Under the pieces are notes generated by a model. That model did no database searches and was not told where the DNA came from. It worked only from the letters and a program-made list of their open reading frames with translations. A stretch of 64,000 bases of DNA, from positions 1,856,001-1,920,000 of the forward strand of contig CBDCSU010000006.1 in assembly GCA_965221775.1 (NCBI GenBank). The letters are read 5' to 3'. Every line of letters begins with the position of its first letter. Within the stretch, counting starts at the first letter, position 1. The stretch comes from Candidatus Latescibacterota bacterium. GTDB taxonomy: Bacteria > Latescibacterota > UBA2968 > UBA8231. Below are positions 19,715-29,958 of the stretch, one piece after another. The translations under genes and the position numbers were made by a program.

Positions 19715-21190
19715 ATGTGCAAAGAAGACTCGGGCCGGCGGGGTCTGGAGCGCCGGGAGGAGGAACGCCAGGAGGCGCTTCTGGCCCACCTGGAGCGACT
19801 CCTGCCCGACCGGGGGCGGTCACAAGCCTTCCGCGCCGCCATGGTGGCCGAGCCTTCCACATGCGTGCGGCTCAACTCCCTGCTGCCGGTGGCGGAGAGT
19901 CTGCGCGGCCTGCTGGCGGAAGAGGCCGAACCGGTGCCCTGGTCCCCCGACGCCTTCACGCTGCGGACGGACAGCTCCGCCGCCGTCGGCCACAGTCTGG
20001 AGTACCGTCTTGGGGCGCTGTACGTCCAGGCCAAGGCCACCACTCTCGCCTCCGTCGTCCTCGATCCCCGCCCGGGCCAGCTCGTCCTCGACTTGGCCGC
20101 CGCCCCGGGCGGCAAGGCGACGCAGATCGCCGCGGCCCTGGGAAACACCGGGATCCTGGTCGCCAACGAGCCCGGCGCCCGGCGCCGGCCGGCGCTGGTG
20201 GGCCATCTCGAGCGCTGCGGCGCCCACAACACCCTGATCACCGGCGCCCCGGGGTCGATGATGGCGCGCTGGTTCCACAATGTCTTCGACCGGGTCCTGC
20301 TGGACGCCCCCTGCTCGGGTGACGGCATCTTGTGCAAGGACCGCCACATGCTCGCCTGGTGGTCGCCCGAAGATGCCCGCCGCAAGAGCGTGCAGCAGGT
20401 CGGCCTCCTGAGGGCCGCCTTCCACATGCTGCGGCCGGGGGGCCGCCTGGTCTACTCGACCTGTTCTCTGTCGACGGAGGAGAACGAGGATGTCCTCCTC
20501 GGGCTGGTGAAGAGGTACGGGGATCTGGCCGCCATCGAGACGGTGGCAGGGGTGAAGGCATCCGGTCTGGCGCCGGAGGCCGCCGCCCGGTATCCCGCCG
20601 CCTTCGGCGGGTGCGTCCGCGTGTGGCCCCACGAGCATGCTACAGAGGGGGCCTTCGTGGCGGCCGTGGGCAAGCAGGGGGCCACCGGATGGGACCCGGT
20701 CGAAGGCGACGCGGGTCGACTGCTGGCCGGGCCTCCCCCTGAGCCGGACCCCGCCGGCATGGCGGAGAGGATCCGCCAGCGCTGGGGCTTCTCGCCGGAA
20801 ATCGCCCCCGGCCAGGAGCTGATCGCCGGCCGGCGGCACCTGCAACTGCGGCCGGCGGGGGCCGCCCGGCTCCAGGGGGAGTTCCCGTGGTTCGTGCGCA
20901 CCGGGATGCGCGTGGCCGGTCTCCACAAGGGAGCCCTGCACCTGTCGCAGCAGGCCGTGGCTCTCTGGGGGCACCAGGTTCGCGAACGGCGCTTCGACCT
21001 ATCCTGGCCCCAGGTGGCGGCCCTCTTCCGCGGGGAAGAGGTGGACCTGCCCTCGCCGCCCGCGGGCGAGGGCATCTGCTTCCACGACGGCCACCCTGTC
21101 TGCCGGGGCCTGCCGACCGGCGAGGGCCGTCTGCGGGGCTACCTGCCCAAGGTCTCTCGGACCGACCGCCTCCAGGGGCTGTTTCGGTGA
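19715..21190 (+). CDS. RsmB/NOP family RNA m5C methyltransferase (RsmF-like)
   Basis: LDLAAAPGGKATQ, DRVLLDAPCSG, LVYSTCS..EENE; start uncertain (19691/19715). Confidence 0.9.
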   Translation: MCKEDSGRRGLERREEERQEALLAHLERLLPDRGRSQAFRAAMVAEPSTCVRLNSLLPVAESLRGLLAEEAEPVPWSPDAFTLRTDSSAAVGHSLEYRLGALYVQAKATTLASVVLDPRPGQLVLDLAAAPGGKATQIAAALGNTGILVANEPGARRRPALVGHLERCGAHNTLITGAPGSMMARWFHNVFDRVLLDAPCSGDGILCKDRHMLAWWSPEDARRKSVQQVGLLRAAFHMLRPGGRLVYSTCSLSTEENEDVLLGLVKRYGDLAAIETVAGVKASGLAPEAAARYPAAFGGCVRVWPHEHATEGAFVAAVGKQGATGWDPVEGDAGRLLAGPPPEPDPAGMAERIRQRWGFSPEIAPGQELIAGRRHLQLRPAGAARLQGEFPWFVRTGMRVAGLHKGALHLSQQAVALWGHQVRERRFDLSWPQVAALFRGEEVDLPSPPAGEGICFHDGHPVCRGLPTGEGRLRGYLPKVSRTDRLQGLFR

Positions 21191-22296
21191 GCCGCTCCGG
21201 CCCGACCGGGTTGGCCGGGCTGCTGGCTTGGGCCTGCCTCGTCAGCGCCCTGCCCCTTTGGGCTCAGCCCTCGGCGCACCGGCCTGTCTTCCAGAAGGGT
21301 ATGACCTTCACCCATGGCTACGGCAGCGACGACAACCTGATGTCCGGGACCTCGACGGCCGCCTTGGAGCATCTCCGCCGGGTCAACGTCGAGTGGATCG
21401 CCCTCAATCCCTTCGCCTACCAGCGCAGCGTGGACGACGCGGCCCTGCGATTCGGGAGAGACCCGCCCGACGAACATCTCCGCCACGGCATCCGCGAGGC
21501 CCGCCGGCTCGGCTTCAAGGTCATGCTCAAGCCCCACGTCTGGGTGCGCCGGCAGAGCAGCGAGCACTGGCGGGGCACCATCGGCATGGCCACGGAGGAG
21601 GCCTGGCAGCAGTGGTGGAGCCACTACGAGAGCTTCGTCCTCCACTACGCCCGCATCGCGGCGGCGGAGGGGGTGGAGATCTACTGCGTCGGCGTCGAGC
21701 TCACCCGTGTCGCCAGGGAACGGCCGGAGGACTGGCGGCGGCTGATCGCGCGAGTGCGCGAGGCCTACCCCGGGCCGCTGACGTACGCGGCCAACTGGTG
21801 GGAGGAGTACGACCGGGTCGAGTTCTGGGACGTCCTCGACTACATCGGCATCAACGCCTTCTTCCCCCTCGCCGAGCAACCGGACCCCGGCCTCGGGCCA
21901 CAGGATCCCAACCTGGAGCAGCTGCGCGCCGGCGCCGTGAGGATCGCGGACGGGATCGAGGCGCTCCAAGAGCTCACCGGACGCCCGGTGCTGCTCACGG
22001 AGATCGGCTACAAGTCGGTTCGCGGCGCCAGCCTGCGGCCCTGGGAGTGGACGCGCAGGCCGGAGCCGGACCTGTCGATGGAGGAGCAGGCCCTGTGCTA
22101 CCAGGCGGTGCTGGAGGCGTTCTGGCCGCGCCCATGGTTCCACGGCATGTACTGGTGGAAGTGGCACTCCGACCTGCGTGGCGGTGAGGAGCATGGCGGA
22201 TTCACGCCCCTCGGCAAGCCCGCCGAGAAGGTCCTCACCGAGTGGTACCAGCGTCTCCGGCCCGTGCCCTCCACCCCGGTTCGTCCCCCCCGCTAG
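21187..22296 (+). CDS. Secreted glycoside hydrolase family 113-like protein
   Basis: Signal peptide, GFKVMLKPH, WRG.I, GVEL, TYAANW, YIGINAFFPL, TEIGY; GTGA overlap with upstream gene. Confidence 0.85.
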   Translation: MSRSGPTGLAGLLAWACLVSALPLWAQPSAHRPVFQKGMTFTHGYGSDDNLMSGTSTAALEHLRRVNVEWIALNPFAYQRSVDDAALRFGRDPPDEHLRHGIREARRLGFKVMLKPHVWVRRQSSEHWRGTIGMATEEAWQQWWSHYESFVLHYARIAAAEGVEIYCVGVELTRVARERPEDWRRLIARVREAYPGPLTYAANWWEEYDRVEFWDVLDYIGINAFFPLAEQPDPGLGPQDPNLEQLRAGAVRIADGIEALQELTGRPVLLTEIGYKSVRGASLRPWEWTRRPEPDLSMEEQALCYQAVLEAFWPRPWFHGMYWWKWHSDLRGGEEHGGFTPLGKPAEKVLTEWYQRLRPVPSTPVRPPR

Positions 22297-22364
22297 AAAC
22301 GGGAAACCCCTTCCCTCCGGCGGCAGCCTTTTCCCGGACAGGTGTGCGGATGGGGAGACGGGAA

Positions 22365-22412
22365 CCACCATATCTGGTGGAGCGTATTCCCCTACGATAC
22401 CATATCATGCTT
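22365..22412. promoter_or_regulatory. Tandem NrdR-box-like operators
   Basis: Palindrome CCACCA-TATC-TGGTGG (22365-22380) and degenerate copy ATACCATATCATGCTT (22397-22412), exactly 32 bp apart. Confidence 0.55.
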
Positions 22413-22428
22413 TGGCACAGGGGTTGCA
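22413..22428 (+). promoter_or_regulatory. sigma54 (-24/-12) promoter, orphan
   Basis: TGGCAC-AGGGG-TTGCA, full match to TGGCAC-N5-TTGCW. Confidence 0.6.
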
Positions 22429-22560
22429 AGGAGACGGCCAACACCTCGTGACCGGGCGTTGCGTCCTCCCCGCCGCCCGGGAACGATCCCGGCGGCCGTC
22501 CCCCGGCCCCGGGTCCCGCGCCGGGCGGTCCGCTCCCCGAGACCGTCCGGCGCACCTGTT

Positions 22561-23172
22561 CTACCCCCCCGTCCAGCGCGGGAACAGGTCGTGCTCCAGC
22601 CCCAGGAGGGAGAGGATGCGGCCGGCCATGAAGTCCCCCAGATCTTCGAAGGTCCGCGGCTTCTGGTAGAAGGCCGGCATGGCCGGCACCACCGACGCTC
22701 CGGCCTCGGCGGCGGCCACGAGGTTGCGCAGCTGGATCAGGTTCAGCGGGGTTTCACGCACCACCAGCACGAGGGGCCGCTTCTCCTTCAGAGTCACGTC
22801 CGCGGAGCGCTCGATGAGGTTCGACGAGGCGCCGCGGGCGATGCCGGAAAGGGTCTTCACCGAGCACGGCACGACGACCATGCCGTCCATCGGCGCCGAC
22901 CCGGAGGAGATCTCACGGGTCAGGTCGTTGACACCGTGTACATCGAGACTCCCCTCGCGGACCTCTTCCCCCGTGGTGCGCGCCAGGAAGTCGAAGATCG
23001 GCTCGCGGTCGGGTTCCCAGCCGAGCTCCTCGTGCATCACGTAGCGGCCGTACCGCGACATCACCAGGTGCACGTGGTGCCCGGAGGCCAGCAGCGCCCG
23101 CAGGGCGCGCGCTCCGTAGAGGGCGCCGCTGGCCCCCGTGACACCGACGACGAAAGACCTCGGCTGCCTCAC
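22561..23172 (-). CDS. ubiX: Flavin prenyltransferase UbiX
   Basis: [55 protein letters not shown]. Confidence 0.94.
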   Translation of the reverse strand: MRQPRSFVVGVTGASGALYGARALRALLASGHHVHLVMSRYGRYVMHEELGWEPDREPIFDFLARTTGEEVREGSLDVHGVNDLTREISSGSAPMDGMVVVPCSVKTLSGIARGASSNLIERSADVTLKEKRPLVLVVRETPLNLIQLRNLVAAAEAGASVVPAMPAFYQKPRTFEDLGDFMAGRILSLLGLEHDLFPRWTGG

Positions 23173-25160
23173 GGGGAATCGTCCCCGTTCAGCGCCCGCC
23201 GGCCGGCGTCGAGCAGCTTCACGATCTCGTCGGGGTCGTAGACGCAGCCGCCCCAGGTGCCGCCGCCGGCCTGCTGCAAGGCCGCCCACAGGCGGGTGTC
23301 GTCGGGCAGCTCCTCCTCGGGCGCCAGGTCGGGTCGGGGAGGCCGGCCGGCGAGCACCCGCGCTCCCTCCTGCGCCCCGAAGACCTCCTCTCCGTGCCCC
23401 ACCAGGTCGATGCTCCCCCTCAGGTTGCGCGTGTCGATCCGGACCTCCACCACGTCGCCCTCGATCAACCGGCCGACCGGGCCGCCGGCGAGGGCCTCGG
23501 GCCCAACGTGGCCGATGCAGGGGCCGCTGGAGAACCCGGAGAACCGGGCGTCGGTCAGCAGGGCCACCTGGCCGCCGGACTCCCAGTACTTCAGCGCGAT
23601 CGTCACCTGGGCGATCTCCTCCATGCCGCTGCCCATGGGGCCGCAGGAGAGCAGCACCATCACCTCCCCGGCGGAGATCCGGCCTTCCTTGATCGCCGCC
23701 ATGGCGGCGCGCTCGGTGGTGAACATCCTGGCCGGTCCGCGCAGGCGGTAGACGCCGTCCTCGTCCAGCAGGGCCGGGTCGATGGCCGTGCTCTTCACCA
23801 CCGAGCCCTCGGGCGCCAGGTTGCCGGTGGGGAAGCAGACGGTGCTGGTCATGCCCTTGGCGCGGGCGCCGTCCGGGTCGTGGATCACGTCCCCGGGGTC
23901 GACCCCGTCGAGCGCCTGCAGCCGGTCCCGCACCCGCCGCCGGCGTTCGCTGTCCTCCCACCAGTCCAGGTTCTCGCCGAGGCTGCGGCCGGTGGCGGTG
24001 GTCGCGCCGAGGTCGAGGAGCCCCATGGCGCGCAGGTGCAGCATCACCTCGGGCACGCCGCCGGCCAGGAAGACGCGCACCGTCGGGTGGTGCGTGGGCC
24101 CGTTGGGCAGCACGTCCACCAGCCGGGGCACCTGCCGGTTCACGCGGTCCCAGTCCTCGACGGTCGGCCGCCGCAGTCCCGCGGCGTGAGCGATGGCCGG
24201 CACGTGCAGGAGCAGGTTGGTGGAGCCGCCGAAGGCGGCGTGGACGATCATGGCGTTCTCGACGGCGGCGTCGGTCAGCACGTCCGCCGAGGTGAGGCCC
24301 AGCGACTCCAGGGCGACGATGGCGCGTCCGGAGCGCAGGGCCATGTCGCGCCACACCGGCTCGCCCGAGGGAGCCAGGGCCGCGTGAGGCAGGGTGAGGC
24401 CCATGGCCTCGGCCACGACCTGGGCGGTAGCCGCCGTGCCGAGGAACTGGCAGCCGCCCCCGGGGGTGGCGCAGGCGCGGCAGCCGAGGTCGTTGACCTC
24501 GTCGATGGTGATCTCGCCGCGGGCCAGGCGCGAGCCCACCGACTGGATCTTGCCGGCGTCCTCGCCGTGCTCCGGGGGCAGGGTCACCCCTCCGGGCACC
24601 GCGACCACCGGCAGGCCGCGGGCGCCGGCGAGGGCGATCAGGATCGCCGGCAGCCCCTTGTCGCAGGTGCCCACGCCGATCACCCCGCGCCGCCGCGGCA
24701 GGGAGCGGATCAGCCGCCTCATGACGATGGCCGCGTCGTTGCGGTAGGGCAGGCTGTCGAACATCCCCGTGGTGCCCTGGGAGCGGCCGTCGCACGGGTC
24801 GGAGCAGTAGGCGGCGTAGGGGATGCTGCCGAGCCGGGTGATCTCCCGGGCGGCCTCCTCCATGAGCAGACCCACCTCCCAGTGTCCGGTGTGGTAGCCG
24901 AGGGCCACCGGCGTGCCGTCCGGAGCGCGGATACCGCCGAGGGTGCTGACGATGAGGAACTCCTTGCGCCCGAGATGGGCGGGGTTCCAGCCCATGCCGG
25001 CGTTCTGGCTGTAGGCGAAGATGTCGCCGCTCGGCGAGCCGATCACCGTCTCCTCGTCGAGGTTCAGGCGGCCTGCCGGCCCCGCGGCGCGGGTGCGGAT
25101 CTCGTAGACCTCGTCGCCGCCGCCTTCGAGGAGGTCGTCGAGGTTCACGGTCCCGGTCAC
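23169..25160 (-). CDS. YjhG/YagF family D-xylonate dehydratase (IlvD/Edd superfamily)
   Basis: [64 protein letters not shown]. Confidence 0.92.
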   Translation of the reverse strand: MTGTVNLDDLLEGGGDEVYEIRTRAAGPAGRLNLDEETVIGSPSGDIFAYSQNAGMGWNPAHLGRKEFLIVSTLGGIRAPDGTPVALGYHTGHWEVGLLMEEAAREITRLGSIPYAAYCSDPCDGRSQGTTGMFDSLPYRNDAAIVMRRLIRSLPRRRGVIGVGTCDKGLPAILIALAGARGLPVVAVPGGVTLPPEHGEDAGKIQSVGSRLARGEITIDEVNDLGCRACATPGGGCQFLGTAATAQVVAEAMGLTLPHAALAPSGEPVWRDMALRSGRAIVALESLGLTSADVLTDAAVENAMIVHAAFGGSTNLLLHVPAIAHAAGLRRPTVEDWDRVNRQVPRLVDVLPNGPTHHPTVRVFLAGGVPEVMLHLRAMGLLDLGATTATGRSLGENLDWWEDSERRRRVRDRLQALDGVDPGDVIHDPDGARAKGMTSTVCFPTGNLAPEGSVVKSTAIDPALLDEDGVYRLRGPARMFTTERAAMAAIKEGRISAGEVMVLLSCGPMGSGMEEIAQVTIALKYWESGGQVALLTDARFSGFSSGPCIGHVGPEALAGGPVGRLIEGDVVEVRIDTRNLRGSIDLVGHGEEVFGAQEGARVLAGRPPRPDLAPEEELPDDTRLWAALQQAGGGTWGGCVYDPDEIVKLLDAGRRALNGDDSP

Positions 25161-26044
25161 GGCAGGATCCGCGGAGGCTCGCCCAGCATCAGCAGGTCGG
25201 CCAGGGTGAAGGCGAGGTAGGCGACGCTCACGAGGCTGTTCATGGTCATGAAGGCGGTGTTCACCTTGGTCAGGTCGTCGGGTTTCACCAGGCGGTGCTC
25301 CCAGGCGAGCAGGGCGGCGATGGCGGCGACGCCGGCGAAGTAGACCAGGTGCAGGCCGGCGGCCAGGCCGACCCAGATCATGAACAGCACCGCGAGCAGG
25401 TGGAAAAGCCGCGCCAGGCGCAGGGCCCCGGCGAGGCCGAAGCGCGCGGGGATCGAATGCAGGCCGGCCCCGATGTCGAAGTCGTGATCCTGGCAGGCGT
25501 AGAGCACGTCGAACCCGGCGACCCAGGAAAGCACCGCCAGGCCGAGGAGGACCGGGGGCAGGTCGAAGCCGCCGGCCACAGCGATCCAGGCGCCCAGCGG
25601 GGCCAGGCCGAGGCTGGCCCCGAGGAAGAGGTGAGAGCCCCAGGTGAAACGCTTGGTGTAGGAGTAGCCGAGGATCACGGCGAGGGCCACCGGCGACAGG
25701 GCCAGGCAGAGCGGGTTCAACTGCCAGGCGGCGGCCACGAACACCGCCGAGGACAGGACGACGAAGGCGGCGGCGGCTCCCGTCGACAGGGCCCCGGTGA
25801 CCAGCTCGCGCTGCGCCGTGCGCGGGTTGTCCGCGTCGATGCGGCGGTCGACGATGCGGTTGAAGCCCATGGCCGCCGAGCGAGCCGCAACCATGGCGAC
25901 CACGATCCACAGCACCTGACGGGGGTGAATGCCGGTGACGGCGGCGGCCAGGGCGGCGCCGCTGAGGGCGAAGGGCAGGGCGAAGATGCTGTGGGAGAAC
26001 TTGATCAACCGGCCGTAGAGGAGGACCGGGGACAGGACGTTCAT
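25157..26044 (-). CDS. mqnP: UbiA-like polyprenyltransferase of futalosine pathway
   Basis: [51 protein letters not shown]. Confidence 0.9.
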   Translation of the reverse strand: MNVLSPVLLYGRLIKFSHSIFALPFALSGAALAAAVTGIHPRQVLWIVVAMVAARSAAMGFNRIVDRRIDADNPRTAQRELVTGALSTGAAAAFVVLSSAVFVAAAWQLNPLCLALSPVALAVILGYSYTKRFTWGSHLFLGASLGLAPLGAWIAVAGGFDLPPVLLGLAVLSWVAGFDVLYACQDHDFDIGAGLHSIPARFGLAGALRLARLFHLLAVLFMIWVGLAAGLHLVYFAGVAAIAALLAWEHRLVKPDDLTKVNTAFMTMNSLVSVAYLAFTLADLLMLGEPPRILP

Positions 26045-26850
26045 GTGTAGAAGCGCAGCTCCGGGACGGACCCGATCAGCCCGTGACCGTGGGCGAGGCG
26101 GTAGAACTCGGTGAGGCCGGCCACCTGGGCCGGCCCCAGGTCGTAGCAGATGTGATCGCGGAGATAGCTTTCGTAGAGCTCGGCGGAGCCGGTGCGCTCG
26201 CGCTGGAAGCCGGCGGCGATCTCGGCCATGTGCGCAACTCCTTCGCGGCGGGCCCTCTGCAGGCGGGCCACGTGCTCGGCGGCGACCGCCTCTTTCTGTC
26301 CCGCCCAGAAGGCGAAGACGCCGGGCCGGCGGGTAAGCTCGTGCCATTCCCGGCCCAGGTCCAGACTGGAGCGGCCAGCGGCGCCATCGGGGCCGACCAG
26401 GGGAAGCACCGGGTCCCCGATCAGCAGGGCGGCGTCGGCGCCGTGGAGCATGGCATCGAGGTCCGGGGGAGCCGCGGCGATCTCGGGATCGATGCCGTAG
26501 CGCTCTCGAAGCAGGATCTGCAGCAGCACCACCGAGGTGCGGGAGCTGGTGTCGGCGGCGACCCGGCGCACGCGGTCCAGTCGCCCCCGGTAGAACAGGC
26601 GCACGGTCAGGACCTCGCCCTCGGAGCCGATGGCCAGGCCGGGGACGATCCGGAGGGCGGCGCCCCGCCGCGCGTACTCCACCGTGGGGATCAGGCCGAC
26701 ATCGAGGCGGCCGGAGGCGAGACGATCGGCGCAGGCCGAGGGCACGCCGTAATCCACCTCGAAGAGGTCGTCCTGATCGAGACCGTAGGTGAGAGGCCGG
26801 GAGTTGAGATAGCTCACCGCGCCGAGGCGGACGCGGCGATGGGCGCTCAT
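26041..26850 (-). CDS. mqnA: Chorismate dehydratase
   Basis: [38 protein letters not shown]. Confidence 0.92.
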   Translation of the reverse strand: MSAHRRVRLGAVSYLNSRPLTYGLDQDDLFEVDYGVPSACADRLASGRLDVGLIPTVEYARRGAALRIVPGLAIGSEGEVLTVRLFYRGRLDRVRRVAADTSSRTSVVLLQILLRERYGIDPEIAAAPPDLDAMLHGADAALLIGDPVLPLVGPDGAAGRSSLDLGREWHELTRRPGVFAFWAGQKEAVAAEHVARLQRARREGVAHMAEIAAGFQRERTGSAELYESYLRDHICYDLGPAQVAGLTEFYRLAHGHGLIGSVPELRFYT

Positions 26851-28004
26851 GAAGCGGCGGCGTGCTGCAGGGCCTGCAGGCGGGGCCGGGTGGCCACCCT
26901 CTCGTAGCGCGTATTGCGCCGCACCGGGTCGAACCCGGCGTCGCGGATCAGCCGTTCCATGTTCGCCAGGTCCATCTCGTTGGTGTGGCTCGTGCCGGCG
27001 GCGCTGACCACGTTCTCCTCGAGCATGGTGCTGCCGAAATCGTCGATCCCGCAGCGCAGGCTGACCTGGGCGATCCGCGGCCCCTGGGTAACCCAGGAGG
27101 CCTGGAAGTGGTCGAAGTTGTCGAGGAAGAGGCGGCTCACGGCCACAGTCCGCAGGTGGTCGAAGCCGCTCGCTTTGACGCCGTTCCAGCGCGCCGAATC
27201 GGCGCCGAGGTCGGTCTCGTCGGGCTGGAAGTTCCAGGCTATGAAGGCGGTGAAGCCGCCGGTCTCGTCCTGCAGCTCGCGCAGCAGGCGCAGGTGCTCG
27301 AGACGGTCTTCGACGCTCTCCACGTGGCCGTACATCATCGTCGCCGTGGTGCGCATGCCGAGGCCGTGGGCGGCGCGGTGCACGTCGAGCCACTCGTCGG
27401 TACGGTCCTTGCGGAAGCCGATGACGTCGCGCACCTCGTCCACCAGGATCTCGGCGCCGGCGCCGGGGATCGAGTCGAGGCCGGCGTCGCGCAGCCGGCG
27501 GATCGTCTCCTCCAGGGAGAGCTTCGACAGGTGGGCGATGTAGATGATCTCGGTGGCCGACAGGCAGTGGAGCTGCACCGAGGGGTAGCGGCCCCGGATA
27601 CTGCTGAGCAGGTCCTCGTAGTAGTCGAGGCGGAGTTTGGGGTTGAGCCCCCCCTGCATGAGGATCTCGTTGGACTTGGGCTCGTGGCCCCCGAAGGCTA
27701 CGAGCTCGTCGATCTTGGCGAAGATCTCGTCGTGGGGAAGGGTGTAGCCCTCGTCGGACCCCGGGGGCCGGTAGAAGGCGCAGAAGTCGCACCTCACCCA
27801 GCAGACGTTGGTGTAGTTGATGTTGCGGCCCACGTTGTAGGTGACCACCGGCTCGGGGTGCTTCCGCATCCGCACCTCGTGGGCCAGCATGCTCAGCTCC
27901 GCCACGTTGGGATGGGCGAAGAGCCGGCGGGCGTCGTCGACGGTCAGCCGCTGGTCGCGGACGACCTTCCTGCCGAGGTCCTCGATGCCCCGGGACCCGT
28001 TCAT
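26847..28004 (-). CDS. mqnC: Cyclic dehypoxanthinyl futalosine synthase (radical SAM)
   Basis: RNINYTNVCWVRCDFCAF, LMQGGLNP, SIPGAGAEIL, QASWVTQG, DFGSTMLEENVV.AAG. Confidence 0.93.
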   Translation of the reverse strand: MNGSRGIEDLGRKVVRDQRLTVDDARRLFAHPNVAELSMLAHEVRMRKHPEPVVTYNVGRNINYTNVCWVRCDFCAFYRPPGSDEGYTLPHDEIFAKIDELVAFGGHEPKSNEILMQGGLNPKLRLDYYEDLLSSIRGRYPSVQLHCLSATEIIYIAHLSKLSLEETIRRLRDAGLDSIPGAGAEILVDEVRDVIGFRKDRTDEWLDVHRAAHGLGMRTTATMMYGHVESVEDRLEHLRLLRELQDETGGFTAFIAWNFQPDETDLGADSARWNGVKASGFDHLRTVAVSRLFLDNFDHFQASWVTQGPRIAQVSLRCGIDDFGSTMLEENVVSAAGTSHTNEMDLANMERLIRDAGFDPVRRNTRYERVATRPRLQALQHAAAS

Positions 28005-29128
28005 CCCGCCGCCTCGCCCAGCAGCTCCTCGGTGCCGGCCACCACGTTGTAGAGGCTGTCGCGCTCCACCGGTTTCCTCCCGGCTTCCACGATGCGGCCC
28101 AGCAGCTCCCGCTGCGTCAGCCGCTGGCGGGTCGCCTCGAAGCTCTCGCGGGTGATCTCGTAGTCCATCACCGTGCCGTCGAGATCGTTGGCGCCGTACC
28201 AGAGAGCGACCTGGGAGATCTCGATGGTGTTCATGATCCAGAAGGTCTTGATGTGGGGGAAGTTGTCGAGCATCAGGCGTCCCACGGCGATCTCGCGCAG
28301 ATCGAGCTGTCCGGTGGGGCCGGGGAGGTGGTCGATCTCGGTGCGCTCGGGATGGAAGGAGAGAGGGATATAGCACAGGAAGCCGCCGGTCTCGTCCTGC
28401 ACCTCCCGCAGCCGCGTCAGGTGGTAGACCTTCTCCTCCGTGTTCTCCACGTGGCCGTAGAGCATGGTGGCGTTGGTGGGCAGGCCGCTGCGGTGAGCGG
28501 CGGCGGCGATCTCCAGCCAGTCCTCGGAGTCGGCCTTGGTCCAGAACAGGTCCTCCTGGACGCGGTCGGAGAACACCTCGGCGCCGCCCCCGGGAAGCGA
28601 CTCCAGGCCGGCCTCGCGCAGATCCGCGAAGACCTCCTCCATGGGCATGCGGGCCACCCTCTGGATCTGGGCCATCTCGATCATGGTGAAGGCCTTGAGG
28701 TGGGCCTCCGGCCGGGCCGCCTTCATGGCCCGCATCAGGTCGAGGTAGTACTGATACGGCAGCTTGGGGTTGACGCCTCCCACCATGTGGATCTCGGTGA
28801 TCGGCGCATCGCCGTAGTCGTGGATGCGGCGCGCCACCTGCTCCGGATCGAGGACATAGCCCCGGTCGTCCTTCGGCTTGACGTAGAAGGAGCAGAACTT
28901 GCACAGCTTGTTGCAGATGTTGGTGTAGTTGATGTGCTGGTTGCGCACGTAGTAGGTGAGATCCCCATGCCGAGCCTCGCGCACCAAGTTGGCCAGGTAC
29001 CCGAGGGCGGGAAGGTCGGGGCACTCGTACAGGCGCAAGCCGTCGTCGGCCGACAGGCGCTGGCCGTCGAGGACCTTGGCGTGCACGTCGGCCAGACCGG
29101 CGCGCTCGATTTGTCGTTCGAGGATCAA
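28001..29128 (-). CDS. mqnE: Aminofutalosine synthase (radical SAM)
   Basis: HINYTNICNKLCKFC, EIHMVGG, HLKAFT, PGGGAEVF, NATMLYGH, HIKTFW, GANDLDGTV; start uncertain (29128-29200). Confidence 0.92.
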   Translation of the reverse strand: MILERQIERAGLADVHAKVLDGQRLSADDGLRLYECPDLPALGYLANLVREARHGDLTYYVRNQHINYTNICNKLCKFCSFYVKPKDDRGYVLDPEQVARRIHDYGDAPITEIHMVGGVNPKLPYQYYLDLMRAMKAARPEAHLKAFTMIEMAQIQRVARMPMEEVFADLREAGLESLPGGGAEVFSDRVQEDLFWTKADSEDWLEIAAAAHRSGLPTNATMLYGHVENTEEKVYHLTRLREVQDETGGFLCYIPLSFHPERTEIDHLPGPTGQLDLREIAVGRLMLDNFPHIKTFWIMNTIEISQVALWYGANDLDGTVMDYEITRESFEATRQRLTQRELLGRIVEAGRKPVERDSLYNVVAGTEELLGEAAG

Positions 29129-29174
29129 GGGGAGGATTCCGCGGCAGCGTGGTCTCGGGGTGACGCTACCCAAC

Positions 29175-29918
29175 TTACCCAGGCCCCCCCGGTGCGACAA
29201 CCCCGGAGCGGGGCACCCGGCCCTGGTACACGGCGCTGATCCCGAGGGTCAGGGGCACGTGGCGGTTGTCCTCGAACCCGGCTTCCTCCATGAGCTCGAG
29301 GAAGGCCCGGCCCTGGGGAAAGACCCCCACCGACTGCGGCAGGTAGGAGTAGGCCCGGCGGTTGCCGGAGATCAGCCCCCCGACGACGGGAAGCACGCGG
29401 CGGAAGTAGAACCGGTAGAGTTGGCGGAAGCCGAAAACGGTGGGCTCGGTGAAGTCGAGGACCAACAGCTCGCCGCCGGGCCGCAGGACGCGGCGGGCCT
29501 CGGCGAGACCGGCGGGGATGTCGCCGAAGTTGCGCACGCCGAAGGCCGCCGTAACCAGGTCGAAGCTGCCGCTGGCGAAGGGCAGGCTCTCGGCATCGCC
29601 GCCGAGCCAGTCGATCGGTGCGCCCCCGCCCTCGGCGGCCTTGGGCACTCCCCGGCGGACCATCTCGAGGGCGACGTCGGCGGCGATGATGCGCTCGGCG
29701 CCCAGCCGCCGCGCGGCGATGGCGAGATCGCCGGTTCCGGCGGCCACGTCGAGCAGGCGCCGGGGGGCCTCGTGGCGCACGAGGGACAGGGCCCGCCGCC
29801 TCCAGTAGATGTCGATGCCGGCGCTCAGCAGGTGGTTGAGCAGGTCGTAGCGGTGGGCGATGGCGTTGAACATCTCCCGGACGGCCCGCTTGCGCTGATT
29901 CACCTCTATGCCGGTCAT
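29175..29918 (-). CDS. menG: Demethylmenaquinone methyltransferase (UbiE/MenG)
   Basis: MFNAIAHRYDLLNHLLS.G.D..WR, LDVAAGTGD, FGVRN, RVLRPGG, YSYLPQSV. Confidence 0.93.
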   Translation of the reverse strand: MTGIEVNQRKRAVREMFNAIAHRYDLLNHLLSAGIDIYWRRRALSLVRHEAPRRLLDVAAGTGDLAIAARRLGAERIIAADVALEMVRRGVPKAAEGGGAPIDWLGGDAESLPFASGSFDLVTAAFGVRNFGDIPAGLAEARRVLRPGGELLVLDFTEPTVFGFRQLYRFYFRRVLPVVGGLISGNRRAYSYLPQSVGVFPQGRAFLELMEEAGFEDNRHVPLTLGISAVYQGRVPRSGVVAPGGPG

Positions 29919-29958
29919 CTAGGGGCGGTCCTTCGCGGCCCTTTCGGTGGACGTATCC

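Noticed and set aside
22178-22669. Plus-strand ORFs crossing the GH113-ubiX gap as the target of the orphan sigma54 promoter
   Set aside because: Low-complexity translations overlapping both flanking genes. The only AAGGAG lies upstream of the predicted TSS.
22561-29024. Apparent very long ORFs or fusions for ubiX, dehydratase, mqnP, mqnA and mqnC
   Set aside because: The extensions are off-frame read-ins through the upstream gene. Real starts coincide with 4-nt stop/start overlaps.
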